In this document: piece after piece, positions 46,953 to 56,445 of the stretch
Layout: every line of letters starts with the position of its first letter
Position numbering within the stretch: position 1 is the stretch's first letter
Assembly (NCBI GenBank): GCA_041650395.1
Contig: JBAZLG010000003.1
Coordinates: 310,917 to 374,916 of the forward strand
Length of the DNA stretch: 64,000 bases
From: Candidatus Micrarchaeia archaeon
GTDB lineage: Archaea; Micrarchaeota; Micrarchaeia; Anstonellales; VGKX01
Direction: 5' to 3'
Program-made: the position numbers and the translations under genes
The notes under the pieces: generated by a model
Told to the model about the DNA's origin: nothing
The model's input: only the letters and a program-made list of their open reading frames with translations
The model's database searches: none

Positions 46953-48695
46953 TTGGTTAAAATGGGAAAAATAAGGTTCCTTGACAAGGAGACTATAAAC
47001 AAGATTGCCGCTGGCGAGGTAATAGAGAGGCCGGCCTCGATAGTGAAGGAGCTTGCCGAAAACGCGCTTGACGCCGGCGCAACTGAAATAGGCATAGAAG
47101 TGCGCGATGGCGGCAAGAGGTTCATCGCAGTTTCAGACAATGGCAGCGGCATGTCCGCGGAGGACGCGCGCGTGTGCGCCCTGTCCCACACCACAAGCAA
47201 GCTGTCAGACCTCTTCGACATCAGGACGCTTGGGTTCAGGGGCGAGGCCCTTGCAAGCATGGCGGCAGTCTCGCGCATGGGCATAACCACATGCGACGCC
47301 GAGGGCGAGAAAAAGGGCGCTGGCATGGAACTCGCGATAGAGGCGGGGGAGATCAAGTCCGAGAAAAAGGCCGGGCCAAGCGTCGGGACGCGCATAGTGG
47401 TCGAAGACCTGTTTTTCAACACGCCCGCGAGGAAAAAGCACCTCAAGGGCGCCGAGGTGGAGTTCCAGCACATCCTCTCCCTGGTCTCAAACTATTCCAT
47501 CGCATACCCCAAAGTTGTCTTCAGGCTGGTTTCCGACGGCAGGCAGGCGGTTGTGACTCCGAGGGCCGCAAGCATGAGGGACAGGATAACCACGGTCTGG
47601 GGCGCTGACATTGCAAAAAACCTCGTGCCCGTGTCGTACAAGGACGGGTTTTGCGCGATATCCGGGTTCCTTGGCAAGCCCTACATAACAAAGCCCGATA
47701 AGTCCATGCAGGTCATATTCGTCAATGGCAGGCTGGTGAAATCCGAAACCGTGTCGAAGGCGCTTGCGGAAGCGTACAAGACAATGCTGTTTTTGGACAG
47801 GCAGCCTGTCTGCGCGCTTGAATTCGAGATTGACTTCTCAAAGATAGACGTGAACGTGCATCCCCAGAAAAACATCATCAGGATAGAGAGGGAGGACCTG
47901 CTCTATAATGCCGTGTTCGAGGCAGTGAAGTCCGCATTCGCCGCGCAAAACCTCGTGCCTTCGGTAAGCCCCGACAATGTGACACGGTCAAGGGCAGTGG
48001 GGCAGTACGGCCTCGACAAGGGGACGCAAAGCACGCTTAGCGCCCGGACAGGCGAGGCGGTGGCGCACGCGCCCGCGACGGCCGACGCGCAGGCAAGGCT
48101 TGAATCGTTCATGCCAAAAAAGCTCGGCCAGCTTTTCATGCTAGGGCAGGCCAACAGGACATACCTGCTTGCGGCAACGCCGGAAGGGATTGCCATATTC
48201 GACCAGCACGCGGTCGAGGAGAGGGTGAATTTCGAGAAGTTCCTCTCGCAGGTGAAAGATTCAAGCGTGCAGAAAAACAGCCTGATTGCGCCCATTGTGC
48301 TCAATGTCGGCCCGGCAAAGGCCGCCGCGATAAGGCAGAACATGGAAAGCCTTGAGAGGCTTGGGATGGGCATTGTGCAAAAGGGCGAGGCGACTTTCGA
48401 GATAACCCACATGCCCCTGCTGCTTGGCATTCCCGGGAAAGACCTGGCAATGGAGCTGATTGCGGCTGTTGAGGACTCCAGGGGCACGCTCGAGGAAAGG
48501 ATAGAGGGGAAAATAGCCACAAAGGCCTGCCGCGCGTCGATAAAGGCGGGCGACATTCTTTCAATGCCCCAGATAAAGGAGCTTGTGCTTAGGCTTGACG
48601 CGTGCAAAAAGCCGTATACCTGCCCGCACGGGAGGCCAACCGGAATCAGGCTGACCTATGCAGACCTCGAGAAGAAGTTCAAAAGGGTGGAGTAG
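46953..48695 (+). CDS. mutL: DNA mismatch repair protein MutL
   Basis: GHKL ATPase motifs: NKIAAGEVIERPASIVKELAENALDAGAT, DNGSGM, GFRGEALASM. C-terminal dimerisation region. Confidence 0.92.
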   Translation: MVKMGKIRFLDKETINKIAAGEVIERPASIVKELAENALDAGATEIGIEVRDGGKRFIAVSDNGSGMSAEDARVCALSHTTSKLSDLFDIRTLGFRGEALASMAAVSRMGITTCDAEGEKKGAGMELAIEAGEIKSEKKAGPSVGTRIVVEDLFFNTPARKKHLKGAEVEFQHILSLVSNYSIAYPKVVFRLVSDGRQAVVTPRAASMRDRITTVWGADIAKNLVPVSYKDGFCAISGFLGKPYITKPDKSMQVIFVNGRLVKSETVSKALAEAYKTMLFLDRQPVCALEFEIDFSKIDVNVHPQKNIIRIEREDLLYNAVFEAVKSAFAAQNLVPSVSPDNVTRSRAVGQYGLDKGTQSTLSARTGEAVAHAPATADAQARLESFMPKKLGQLFMLGQANRTYLLAATPEGIAIFDQHAVEERVNFEKFLSQVKDSSVQKNSLIAPIVLNVGPAKAAAIRQNMESLERLGMGIVQKGEATFEITHMPLLLGIPGKDLAMELIAAVEDSRGTLEERIEGKIATKACRASIKAGDILSMPQIKELVLRLDACKKPYTCPHGRPTGIRLTYADLEKKFKRVE

Positions 48696-48702
48696 GGAAA
48701 AG

Positions 48703-49317
48703 TCAGGCGATTATCCCAAGGTGCGTGAGGAGTATCTGGAAGCCGATTAGCACGAGCACCAGCCCTCCGATTATTCCCGACCATTTCCCTCCGGCCTTTC
48801 CAAGCCTGTGCCCGAATTTCAACCCTATTGCCGAGAATATGAAGGCCACAACGCCAATTGCCGCAAGGTAAGAGAGGAAATCGCCGGTTATCAATGCCAG
48901 GGATATGCCCACTGCAAGGGCGTCTATGCTCGTGGCAACGGAGACCATGAGTATTGAGCGCAGGTTGGTGTCAACTGCAGGGCACGAATCGCTCATGTAC
49001 GACGAGTACGCCATTTTCAACCCTACATAGGAGAGCAGGCCGAACGCAATCCAGTGGTCCACTGCCGAGATGAGGGGCAATATGAACGCGCCTGCAAGAT
49101 AGCCTGTCCCGGTCATGCCCACCTGGAAAACTCCGAACGAGAGTGCTGGGAAATAGTAATTCAGGTAGCCCTGGCCGGAGCTGTCCGCGCTTGGATGTGC
49201 GGGCCTGGCCTTGCGCCCAATGGCTACTGCCTGGGCATTTTGCGACATGCCTATGCACACTGAAACTGCGAAACAGTCGGCCGCAAGCCCGAGTGCGACG
49301 GCAAGTTGGGTTAACAT
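48703..49317 (-). CDS. mntP: Manganese efflux pump MntP (2 x DUF204)
   Basis: Two repeats containing LAADCFAVSV... and SIDALAVGISLAL, with 6 TM helices; the usual MntP layout. Confidence 0.8.
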   Translation of the reverse strand: MLTQLAVALGLAADCFAVSVCIGMSQNAQAVAIGRKARPAHPSADSSGQGYLNYYFPALSFGVFQVGMTGTGYLAGAFILPLISAVDHWIAFGLLSYVGLKMAYSSYMSDSCPAVDTNLRSILMVSVATSIDALAVGISLALITGDFLSYLAAIGVVAFIFSAIGLKFGHRLGKAGGKWSGIIGGLVLVLIGFQILLTHLGIIA

Positions 49318-49469
49318 GGGTTGGGATTTGGGAAACCGGGATTAAAAAAGCAGATGGAATTGATACCTCCAAAATGGCATTTCAGCCCAAAAAACAGATA
49401 ATAATAAACACCTTGCGCGGGTAATAAATAAACGCGGTTCTGGCAATCAAGGAGCCAGAAGGCGGGCAT

Positions 49470-50120
49470 ATGCGACAAACCATAAACAAGGTACTAACTA
49501 ACATGCCGGGGCAGAAAACCGAGCCTGCCGGGGACAATGGCCAGGGCATTTTCAGCAGGATGCAAAAAAAAGGCATAGAAAAGGCATGGGCCGACCTGCA
49601 CATACTCGAGACCAGGCAGTTCTCCACATGGCTCAAGAAAGTCGGCGCGTGCCAGGGATGCGCAATACGCGTAAGCGTCAATGACAAAAGGACGCAGATG
49701 AGCGTGGAGCAAGGCCCCGAGTCCGCTATAGCGTTTTTTGACAATAACATAGTGCCATTGAACGGCAAGGCCGTGCTCGTGGCGAAAATGCGGATGGGCG
49801 AGGAGGTCGCGGTGCCTGCAGGCGACGGCTACAGCTACACCATAGCCAGGGGCGTTGCCGGCTACGCGCTTTATGAAAACGACCTCCAGTACTCGCTTGA
49901 CAAGTGCGAGATTTCAAGGGAAGGCGCGAAAAACGCCGATGGGTTCACGTCAAAGCTGCTTGCTGAATTCGACAGGATACGCATTGAAAGGGAAAGCATG
50001 CGCCTTGCCTACGCCTCCCTTGGCGGAACCGGGCTAAGGCAGAACAAGATTATGAAAAGCATGCTGGACGTGCTTGGCAAGGTAAAGGCGGCAATAGATT
50101 CTGCAATGGAAAACCAGTGA
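49470..50120 (+). CDS. Hypothetical protein (216 aa)
   Basis: Clean ORF. No recognisable motifs. Confidence 0.45.
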   Translation: MRQTINKVLTNMPGQKTEPAGDNGQGIFSRMQKKGIEKAWADLHILETRQFSTWLKKVGACQGCAIRVSVNDKRTQMSVEQGPESAIAFFDNNIVPLNGKAVLVAKMRMGEEVAVPAGDGYSYTIARGVAGYALYENDLQYSLDKCEISREGAKNADGFTSKLLAEFDRIRIERESMRLAYASLGGTGLRQNKIMKSMLDVLGKVKAAIDSAMENQ

Positions 50121-50222
50121 GGCGGGAGTGCCACAGGATGAAGGCCGCTCTGCATCGGGCATCCGGCGAACAAGCCGCGCGTGGCAGGCGGGCTTGAAAA
50201 ACTTAGCCGATTCCCCGCCTGT

Positions 50223-51941
50223 TTAGAACCTGTCCCGCCTGGTGTAACTCGTGTGCAGGAGCATCTCCGCCTTTTCAGAGCCGGGATGGTCGAGGAACTC
50301 CGAGTATATCCGCTTCACTACGGGGTTTTCATGCGAGCGGCGCAGGGGCAGCTGCCTGTCGGCCAGGTAAATCGCCTCCGCGCGCTTTTGCAATGTGTCT
50401 GGAGCCTGGTAAATGGGCTGCCCGCCGCCGCCGATGCACCCTCCGGGGCATGCCATCATTTCTATGAACTGGTAATCGTCTTTAACTTCAAGGAGTTTCC
50501 TTATGTTCATGCCCCCGCTGGCGCAGGCGAATTTCACTTCCTTGCCCTTGATTTGAATGGAGCCTTCCTTGATGCCTTTCATGCCCCTTAGCTGGTCGAA
50601 CTCGAGCCTCGATACTGCCTTGCCCTCCGCGAACTCATAGGCGGTCCTCAATGCGGCTTCCATGACCCCGCCGGAAGCGCCAAACACTGCGCCCGCGCCT
50701 GTGGACACGCCAAGCGCCGGGTCGAAGTTCTCGTCTGGGAGCTTGGCGAAGTCGACCTTGTTCATCTTGATGAGCCTGCCAAGCTCGCGAGTGGTGAGCA
50801 CGTAATCCACCGCGGAAGCCATTTCATCCCGCGTGGACTCGAATTTCTTGGCAGTGCAGGGCATGATGCTCACGACCACGATGTCCTTCGGCTTTATGCC
50901 CGCCTTTTTCGCCCAATATGTCTTTGTGAGCATGCCAAGCATCTCGTGCGGGCTCTTGCACGTGGACATGTGCGGGAACAGGTCCGGGAAGAAATGCTCC
51001 ATCATCAGTATCCATGCTGGGCAGCAGGTGGTAATCATCGGGAAAGTGCCGCCGCGCTCGAACCGCCTTAGGAATTCGGACGCCTCCTCCATTATGGTCA
51101 TGTCGGCGCCGAGGTTGACGTCGAATACATAGTCGAAGCCAAGCCGCCGCAGGGATGATACCATCTTGCCGGTCACAAGCGCGCCCGCGCCCATGCCGAA
51201 AAGCTCGCCAAGCGCCGCCCTGATTGAAGGCGCTGTCTGCGCCACTACGACTTTTGAATCGTCCGCGAGCGCCTCCCTGACCTCTTCAATGTGCGACCTC
51301 TCGGAAATGGCGCCTACGGGGCAGTTGAGTATGCACTGGCCGCACCTGATGCATGCCACGTCCGCCAGGTGCTTGCCGCCATAGGGCGAGACGTGCTCGC
51401 TGTAGCCCCTGCTTGAGAAATCTATGGCGTAAACGCCCTGTATTTCCGCGCAGACCTTGACGCACCTGCCGCAGTTTATGCACTTGTTGTTGTCGCGTAT
51501 CACGGAGCTGCCAAGGTCGGGCTTGTAATTCTTGAGGACTTCGAAGCGCGTGAACTCTATGCCCACCTCGTTGTAAACGCCGCAAATCTCATTGTCGTCC
51601 GTGACGGAGCACGACTGCGGCTTTGGAATCATCAGGTTGATGTTGAGCTGCCGTGCCCTCTTCACCCTCTCGTTTGAAGTGTTGACTACAGAGCCCTGCC
51701 TAGGCCTTGTCGAGCATGCGGGCACGAGTTTCCCGTCCATCTCGACCATGCAAATCCTGCACCTGCTTTCAGGGAACAGGCTCGCGTGGTAGCAAAGAGT
51801 AGGGATTTTGATTCCCTTTTCCTTGCATATGTCAAGCAATGTCTTCGAGCCGTCGACCTGCACGCCTGCCCCGTCAAGGGTTATTTCCATGGGCCTTGGC
51901 GCCGCGTCCTTGCCGCCGTCGGGTTCTATCCTGATTTTCAT
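50223..51941 (-). CDS. hydA: [FeFe]-hydrogenase catalytic subunit HydA (N-terminal 2Fe-2S domain, two 4Fe-4S domains, H-cluster domain)
   Basis: H-cluster signature motifs are all present: L1 TTCCPAW, L2 MPCTAKKFE, L3 EMMACPGGCIGGGGQP. N-terminal CYHASLFPESRCRIC (2Fe-2S) plus CINCGRCVKVC and CIRCGQCILNC (4Fe-4S). ATG chosen at 51941 (MKIRIEP). The track ORF begins with a TTG immediately abutting the hydB stop. Confidence 0.85.
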   Translation of the reverse strand: MKIRIEPDGGKDAAPRPMEITLDGAGVQVDGSKTLLDICKEKGIKIPTLCYHASLFPESRCRICMVEMDGKLVPACSTRPRQGSVVNTSNERVKRARQLNINLMIPKPQSCSVTDDNEICGVYNEVGIEFTRFEVLKNYKPDLGSSVIRDNNKCINCGRCVKVCAEIQGVYAIDFSSRGYSEHVSPYGGKHLADVACIRCGQCILNCPVGAISERSHIEEVREALADDSKVVVAQTAPSIRAALGELFGMGAGALVTGKMVSSLRRLGFDYVFDVNLGADMTIMEEASEFLRRFERGGTFPMITTCCPAWILMMEHFFPDLFPHMSTCKSPHEMLGMLTKTYWAKKAGIKPKDIVVVSIMPCTAKKFESTRDEMASAVDYVLTTRELGRLIKMNKVDFAKLPDENFDPALGVSTGAGAVFGASGGVMEAALRTAYEFAEGKAVSRLEFDQLRGMKGIKEGSIQIKGKEVKFACASGGMNIRKLLEVKDDYQFIEMMACPGGCIGGGGQPIYQAPDTLQKRAEAIYLADRQLPLRRSHENPVVKRIYSEFLDHPGSEKAEMLLHTSYTRRDRF

Positions 51942-51965
51942 GTGGGTTCTCCGCCTTGCCGCCAA

Positions 51966-53102
51966 TCACGCTTTTGTCGGTTTTTTCTTGAGGTATTCGA
52001 TGTAATCGGGCATGAAATGCTCAAGCCCCGTGAGTATGTGGTTGCCCGCCGACTGCCCAAGGCCGCAGATGCTTGTGTCCTGTATGTGCCTTGCAAGCTC
52101 TTTCAGGTCAGCGAGGTCTTTCACCTCGCCCTTCCCGGACCTGATTTTCTTGAGGAAGTCGAGCACCCTGATAGTCCCTTCCCTGCAGGGCGTGCACTTG
52201 CCGCAGGACTCGTAGGTGTAGAATTTCGCAATGCTGTAGGATATGTCCACTATGTTCTGCTTCTCGTCTATGAATATTACGGAGTATGCGCCGTGCTGGC
52301 AGTTTTCCTTGCAAATCATGTCCGATGTTATGGAGGCGCCGTAGTCGACCGGCATTATCCCCCCAAAACAGCCAAACGACATAGCCTTGAGCCTGTTCTT
52401 GGGCCTTGCGATGTCGACCACGGTGGACATCTTCACTCCAAGCGGGAATTCGTACACTCCGGGGTTTGTGATGTTCCCGGAAAGCGAGAACATGCGCATG
52501 TCCGGGTTCCAGTCGTCATAGAGCATGGCCTGCGCGGCGCACGTGAGGGTCTCGACGTTGTTTATCACAGTCGGCTTGCCCCAGAGACCGTGGACTGTGG
52601 GGTGCGAGTCGTCCGGGCAGCCGCGGAATCCCATGATAGACTGGACAATGGCCGTCTTTTCCCCGCACACGTATGCCCCGGCGCCCCTGACAATCTCGAT
52701 GGACACGTCCATGCCGGACTTCGCCACTACGTCGTCGACGTGCTCCTGAAGCCTCTCGCGCAGGTAGCCATATTCCCCGCGCAGGTAGATGAACGCCCTT
52801 TTCGCCCCTATGGCGTATGCGCATATCAGCATCCCCTCGACCATTGTGCGGGGATTGTGCATTATGATGAACTTGTCCTTGAAAGTCCCAGGCTCCCCCT
52901 CGTCCGCATTGCAGATTATGAACCTCTCGTCCGCTTGCGCGGCCCTGCACGCGCGCCATTTCCTGCCGGTTGGGTAGGCGGCGCCGCCCCTGCCCACAAG
53001 ACCTTTTTTCTCTATGAGCGCGATAACTTCCTCCGGCTGCATGGCTTTCGCCTTGTCAAGCGCGTACATGTTCGTCTGCCTTAGGATTTGCATAACCATC
53101 AA
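51966..53102 (-). CDS. hydB: NuoF-like NADH-binding flavoprotein subunit (HydB), core-only form
   Basis: GLVGRGGAAYPTGRKW (NADH/FMN site) and the 4Fe-4S motif ESCGKCTPCREG. Its stop abuts the hydA start region. Confidence 0.85.
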   Translation of the reverse strand: MMVMQILRQTNMYALDKAKAMQPEEVIALIEKKGLVGRGGAAYPTGRKWRACRAAQADERFIICNADEGEPGTFKDKFIIMHNPRTMVEGMLICAYAIGAKRAFIYLRGEYGYLRERLQEHVDDVVAKSGMDVSIEIVRGAGAYVCGEKTAIVQSIMGFRGCPDDSHPTVHGLWGKPTVINNVETLTCAAQAMLYDDWNPDMRMFSLSGNITNPGVYEFPLGVKMSTVVDIARPKNRLKAMSFGCFGGIMPVDYGASITSDMICKENCQHGAYSVIFIDEKQNIVDISYSIAKFYTYESCGKCTPCREGTIRVLDFLKKIRSGKGEVKDLADLKELARHIQDTSICGLGQSAGNHILTGLEHFMPDYIEYLKKKPTKA

Positions 53103-53118
53103 CTATTGTTCCTGCGGC

Positions 53119-53574
53119 TCACTTGCGCTTTTTCTGCCCCGGCTTTTCGGAGGGCTTCGCAGCCTTTTCCCTGAATTTCCTGATTACCTGGAGAATGCGC
53201 TCCTCGCTCAGCTTGGTATGCGGGACGCCATTGACAAGCATGGCGGGAGCCTCGTCGCAGCAGCCTATGCACGACGTCTTGTAAAGCGAGAACATCCCGT
53301 CCTTTGTGGTCTTGCCGAACTTTGCCCCAAGCTCCTTTTCAAGGAACTTCTCCATTGTCATGCCGTTGTTTAGCACGCATGACGGGGAGCCGCATATCTC
53401 AATCACGTTCTTGCCCTGCGGCTCGGTCTTAAGCATTGTATAGAACTTGGCAGTGCCCCAGACCTGCGAGATTGGAATGTCCAGGTCTATCGCTATCTGC
53501 TTGAGAGCGTGCTCCGACAGGTAGCCGTGCCTCTCCTGCGCGTCATGGAGGACATTGAGTAGTATTTTCGCCAT
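53119..53574 (-). CDS. hydC: NuoE-like thioredoxin-fold [2Fe-2S] subunit (HydC)
   Basis: CGSPSC...CIGCCDEAP cysteine pattern typical of NuoE/HydC. It lies 16 nt upstream of hydB. Confidence 0.8.
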   Translation of the reverse strand: MAKILLNVLHDAQERHGYLSEHALKQIAIDLDIPISQVWGTAKFYTMLKTEPQGKNVIEICGSPSCVLNNGMTMEKFLEKELGAKFGKTTKDGMFSLYKTSCIGCCDEAPAMLVNGVPHTKLSEERILQVIRKFREKAAKPSEKPGQKKRK

Positions 53575-53726
53575 TTTCTCTCACCCATCGGAAACAACCG
53601 GCACGTCGTATTTAACGTTTGATTGGGCGGCTTTTAAACATGGCAGTCAATTGATACCCGCGAGGTAGCAATTTGGCAGGAAAAGAAGCTGCAGTGGCGA
53701 AAAGGCGGAAAAAGAACAGGGGAAAA

Positions 53727-54557
53727 TCAGGCTGGGGCGGGCATTTGGGCCGCAGGCTGCCTGCGCACAGGCAAGAAGCGGTTGAAGGCCGGCACGAGAA
53801 GGTTTGACGCCAGCAGCGCGACAAGAATCCCGTCAATCGAGAAAGGCAGGCTTGGCGACACGTAGCCGAACGCCAGGTTGAATGCCACCACGAAAATGCC
53901 CTGCGCAACAAGCGCGTTCCTTGAATAGCACGAGGTCTTAGGGTCTGTCAGCATGATGCCTGCGAAAAACGAGAACCCGAGCACTGCCGCAAGCATCTGC
54001 GCGTTTAGAAGGGACGCCGGGCCGAGGTATGCGGCAGATACCAGCAGGGTGCCTGCAAGGAACGCGAGGGTGATGGGCAGCTTGCCGATTTTCCAGCCTG
54101 CCGCTATGGCAAGCGCGGCTGCTATGAAACTTGCAGGTGCGGATATTGAGAGGCCCGCTGCCCACCAGCTGTCTGATGACTGGAATATAACCGCGGATGC
54201 GAGGAGCCCGAACGCCGCAGGGTTGAAAATTGGCCTTTTCATGTATGTGACAAGGTGCTTTGCGGCAATGGCAAGCGCCGCTGCTGCGACTGCAGACAGC
54301 GGGCCTGACGGGTAAATCACAAGAGAAATGATAAGGCCTGTGATAAGCCCGCTTTTGGGGAAAGCGTCCCTGCCTTTTAGGAACCTGTAGGCAAGATAGT
54401 CAAGCGCGAGAGCAGTAATTGGCGCCAGGACAAGCTGCCATGAAACAGCCCCGAACCCGTAATAGAGCCCTATGGCTGCGCAAACCGCAAGCGCGGCTAT
54501 GGTATAGTCATAGACGTTTATCGACTTGAATTTTTTTACAATGTCCAAGCAAAGCAC
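53727..54557 (-). CDS. RnfD/NqrB-family-like polytopic membrane protein (short, 276 aa), orphan
   Basis: IAAKHLVTYMKRPIFNPAAFGLLASAVIF resembles the conserved RnfD/RsxD segment ([26 protein letters not shown]). 7-8 predicted TM helices. No other Rnf/Nqr subunits nearby. Confidence 0.5.
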   Translation of the reverse strand: MLCLDIVKKFKSINVYDYTIAALAVCAAIGLYYGFGAVSWQLVLAPITALALDYLAYRFLKGRDAFPKSGLITGLIISLVIYPSGPLSAVAAAALAIAAKHLVTYMKRPIFNPAAFGLLASAVIFQSSDSWWAAGLSISAPASFIAAALAIAAGWKIGKLPITLAFLAGTLLVSAAYLGPASLLNAQMLAAVLGFSFFAGIMLTDPKTSCYSRNALVAQGIFVVAFNLAFGYVSPSLPFSIDGILVALLASNLLVPAFNRFLPVRRQPAAQMPAPA

Positions 54558-54652
54558 CAGTCAGGCCCCAATGCCTGCAATGTATGGCAAGGCAGCTGAT
54601 ATATTACCCTGCCTAGCCATGGCCGGATGGGAAAAAAGGAAAAAAAGGGATG

Positions 54653-55144
54653 TCAGCCCGGGACCACGTAGCCGCTTGGGTCAACTATGACAAAGCTGTC
54701 GTCGCCAAAGGACGTCTCTCCGTTTGGCTGCGGGTCGTCGCCATAGCTTGTCTCTATTATGTAGAGCGAATAGCCCGGCTTGAGGCTTACCTGCGATGTC
54801 TGCCCTGTCCTTGCCACTGTGAGGTTCACAAGGATTGAGCCGTCAGCCTGCTGTTCCTGCGAAATGCCAAAGCCGCTCATCGCCCTTTTCGCAGCGTCGC
54901 TAAGCCCGCCGGGGGCTATCTGGAGAGCGTATGGCGCGTATGGCTCGTCGGAAAGTTTCACGGCGTTTGGGGCGGGGAGGCCCTGGGAGCCTGCGCCCGC
55001 CTGCGTGCCTGCCCCTGTTGCCGCATTGGGGGCCATGGACGAGGCGTGCTGGCTTGCAGCCTGCTGGGTGTTGCCTGTGCCTGTGCAGCCGAATATCAGC
55101 AGCATGCCCACTAGTATCGCTATTATGAAGTTCTTCATTTGCAT
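54653..55144 (-). CDS. Secreted lipoprotein-like protein (163 aa)
   Basis: Signal/lipobox-like MQMKNFIIAILVGMLLIFGCTG. Low-complexity Ala/Gly/Gln region. Confidence 0.5.
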   Translation of the reverse strand: MQMKNFIIAILVGMLLIFGCTGTGNTQQAASQHASSMAPNAATGAGTQAGAGSQGLPAPNAVKLSDEPYAPYALQIAPGGLSDAAKRAMSGFGISQEQQADGSILVNLTVARTGQTSQVSLKPGYSLYIIETSYGDDPQPNGETSFGDDSFVIVDPSGYVVPG

Positions 55145-55270
55145 GCACCTCTTTACGTTGGTTATGTAAGGCTAATGTAACCTTAAGGAAAATAAGGTTT
55201 AAAATACTACCTAAAGAGTATCAATTGAAGGAGGGAAGAATCCTGCGGCGGAAAGCCGGAAAAGCGTGCG

Positions 55271-55849
55271 TCAGTTTTTCTTCGCGTATTTCGCCTTAAG
55301 CGCTTCAATCCTGTCAAGCACTGCCTGTTCCGGCTTGTGGAGCCTTTCGCCAAGTTCGTAATATTTCCCAAAGGAATACGCAAGCGGCCGCTTTTCCTTG
55401 TCAGTGGATATGTCCACTATCTCGCCTATGAACATGGCATGGTCGCCAAGCTCCTTGATTTCAACGAGCCTGCACTCGATATTGGTGGCAGCGCCCCCGA
55501 CCATGAGGGCCCCGATTTTCCTGCCTGGATAGAAATTGCAGCCAAGCTCCTTGAGGACTGAAACCTTGTCGACCTCGTGGCCCGAACTCCCGCCTGCCAC
55601 GCTTGCAATCACGTTCTGGCCGGAAGCCGCCATGCTTATGCCGAATTCCTTGGAGGCTGTTATGTTCTGCGACGTGGCCTTGCCAGTCTTGTTCCCGCCG
55701 ACATGGACAGCCATGAGCGCAGGCGACCATGAAACGTAATACGTCCATTCCGCAGCCATTATGTCATGGCCGTTGGGGCCGTGGCTTGTTATCAGCCCGA
55801 CGCCGGTCACGAACTTGCTTGCCAGCTCATTTCCCCATCCTAGGTCCAT
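55271..55849 (-). CDS. Flavin reductase-like (FMN-binding split-barrel) domain protein
   Basis: VGLITSHGPNGHDIMAAEWTYYVSWSPALMAVHV...EFGISMA pattern typical of the flavin reductase-like family. Confidence 0.65.
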   Translation of the reverse strand: MDLGWGNELASKFVTGVGLITSHGPNGHDIMAAEWTYYVSWSPALMAVHVGGNKTGKATSQNITASKEFGISMAASGQNVIASVAGGSSGHEVDKVSVLKELGCNFYPGRKIGALMVGGAATNIECRLVEIKELGDHAMFIGEIVDISTDKEKRPLAYSFGKYYELGERLHKPEQAVLDRIEALKAKYAKKN

Positions 55850-55885
55850 TAGAAACGCCTCTCAAATCCGCGCGGCAGGGGCAGG

Positions 55886-56338
55886 TCAATTTACAATTAC
55901 CTTTCCCCTCATGCCCGGATGTATAGTGCAATAATAGTCATAAGTTCCGCTTGAATTGAACTGGTAGCTCCACGAACTCCCGGCGGGGATGTTGCCTGAA
56001 TTGAAAATCCCGGAAGTTGAAGTGGCAGTGTGCGCCACAGGGTCGCTGTTTGACCATGTAACAACCGTGCCCGCTGGCACCGTGATTTCCGCAGGCGAGA
56101 ACGCAAAGCCGCCTATGTCGACGCGGGCCTGCGCCGAAGGCGCGCCTGCGGGCTGGGGCGGCTGCGGGATAGCGCCATTGCCAGGCTGCCCGGAATCAGG
56201 CGGCGCGGGCGGCATTGCGCCCTGCCCCGTGTTTTGCGCGCCGGGCTGTTGGGGCGCGGCCTGGCCGCCAGTGCAGCCAAAAAGCAGGATTGCGGAAATA
56301 ATCAGCACGAATAAAAACCATTTGCCCATTGGAACCAC
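55886..56338 (-). CDS. Halocyanin/amicyanin-like type-1 blue copper protein (cupredoxin) lipoprotein
   Basis: Lipobox-like LLFGCTGG; Pro/Gln-rich linker. Copper ligands in DPVAHTATS (His) and CTIHPGM (Cys-x2-His-x2-Met). Confidence 0.75.
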   Translation of the reverse strand: MVPMGKWFLFVLIISAILLFGCTGGQAAPQQPGAQNTGQGAMPPAPPDSGQPGNGAIPQPPQPAGAPSAQARVDIGGFAFSPAEITVPAGTVVTWSNSDPVAHTATSTSGIFNSGNIPAGSSWSYQFNSSGTYDYYCTIHPGMRGKVIVN

Positions 56339-56445
56339 CTTCCGTTTGCTTAAAGGTATATTCCACTAAGTTTATAGCAATTTGGTCTGGAAAAAATAGG
56401 GAAATAAGCAGGGGAGCAAAAAACCCAAAAAGGAAAAAACAGGGC

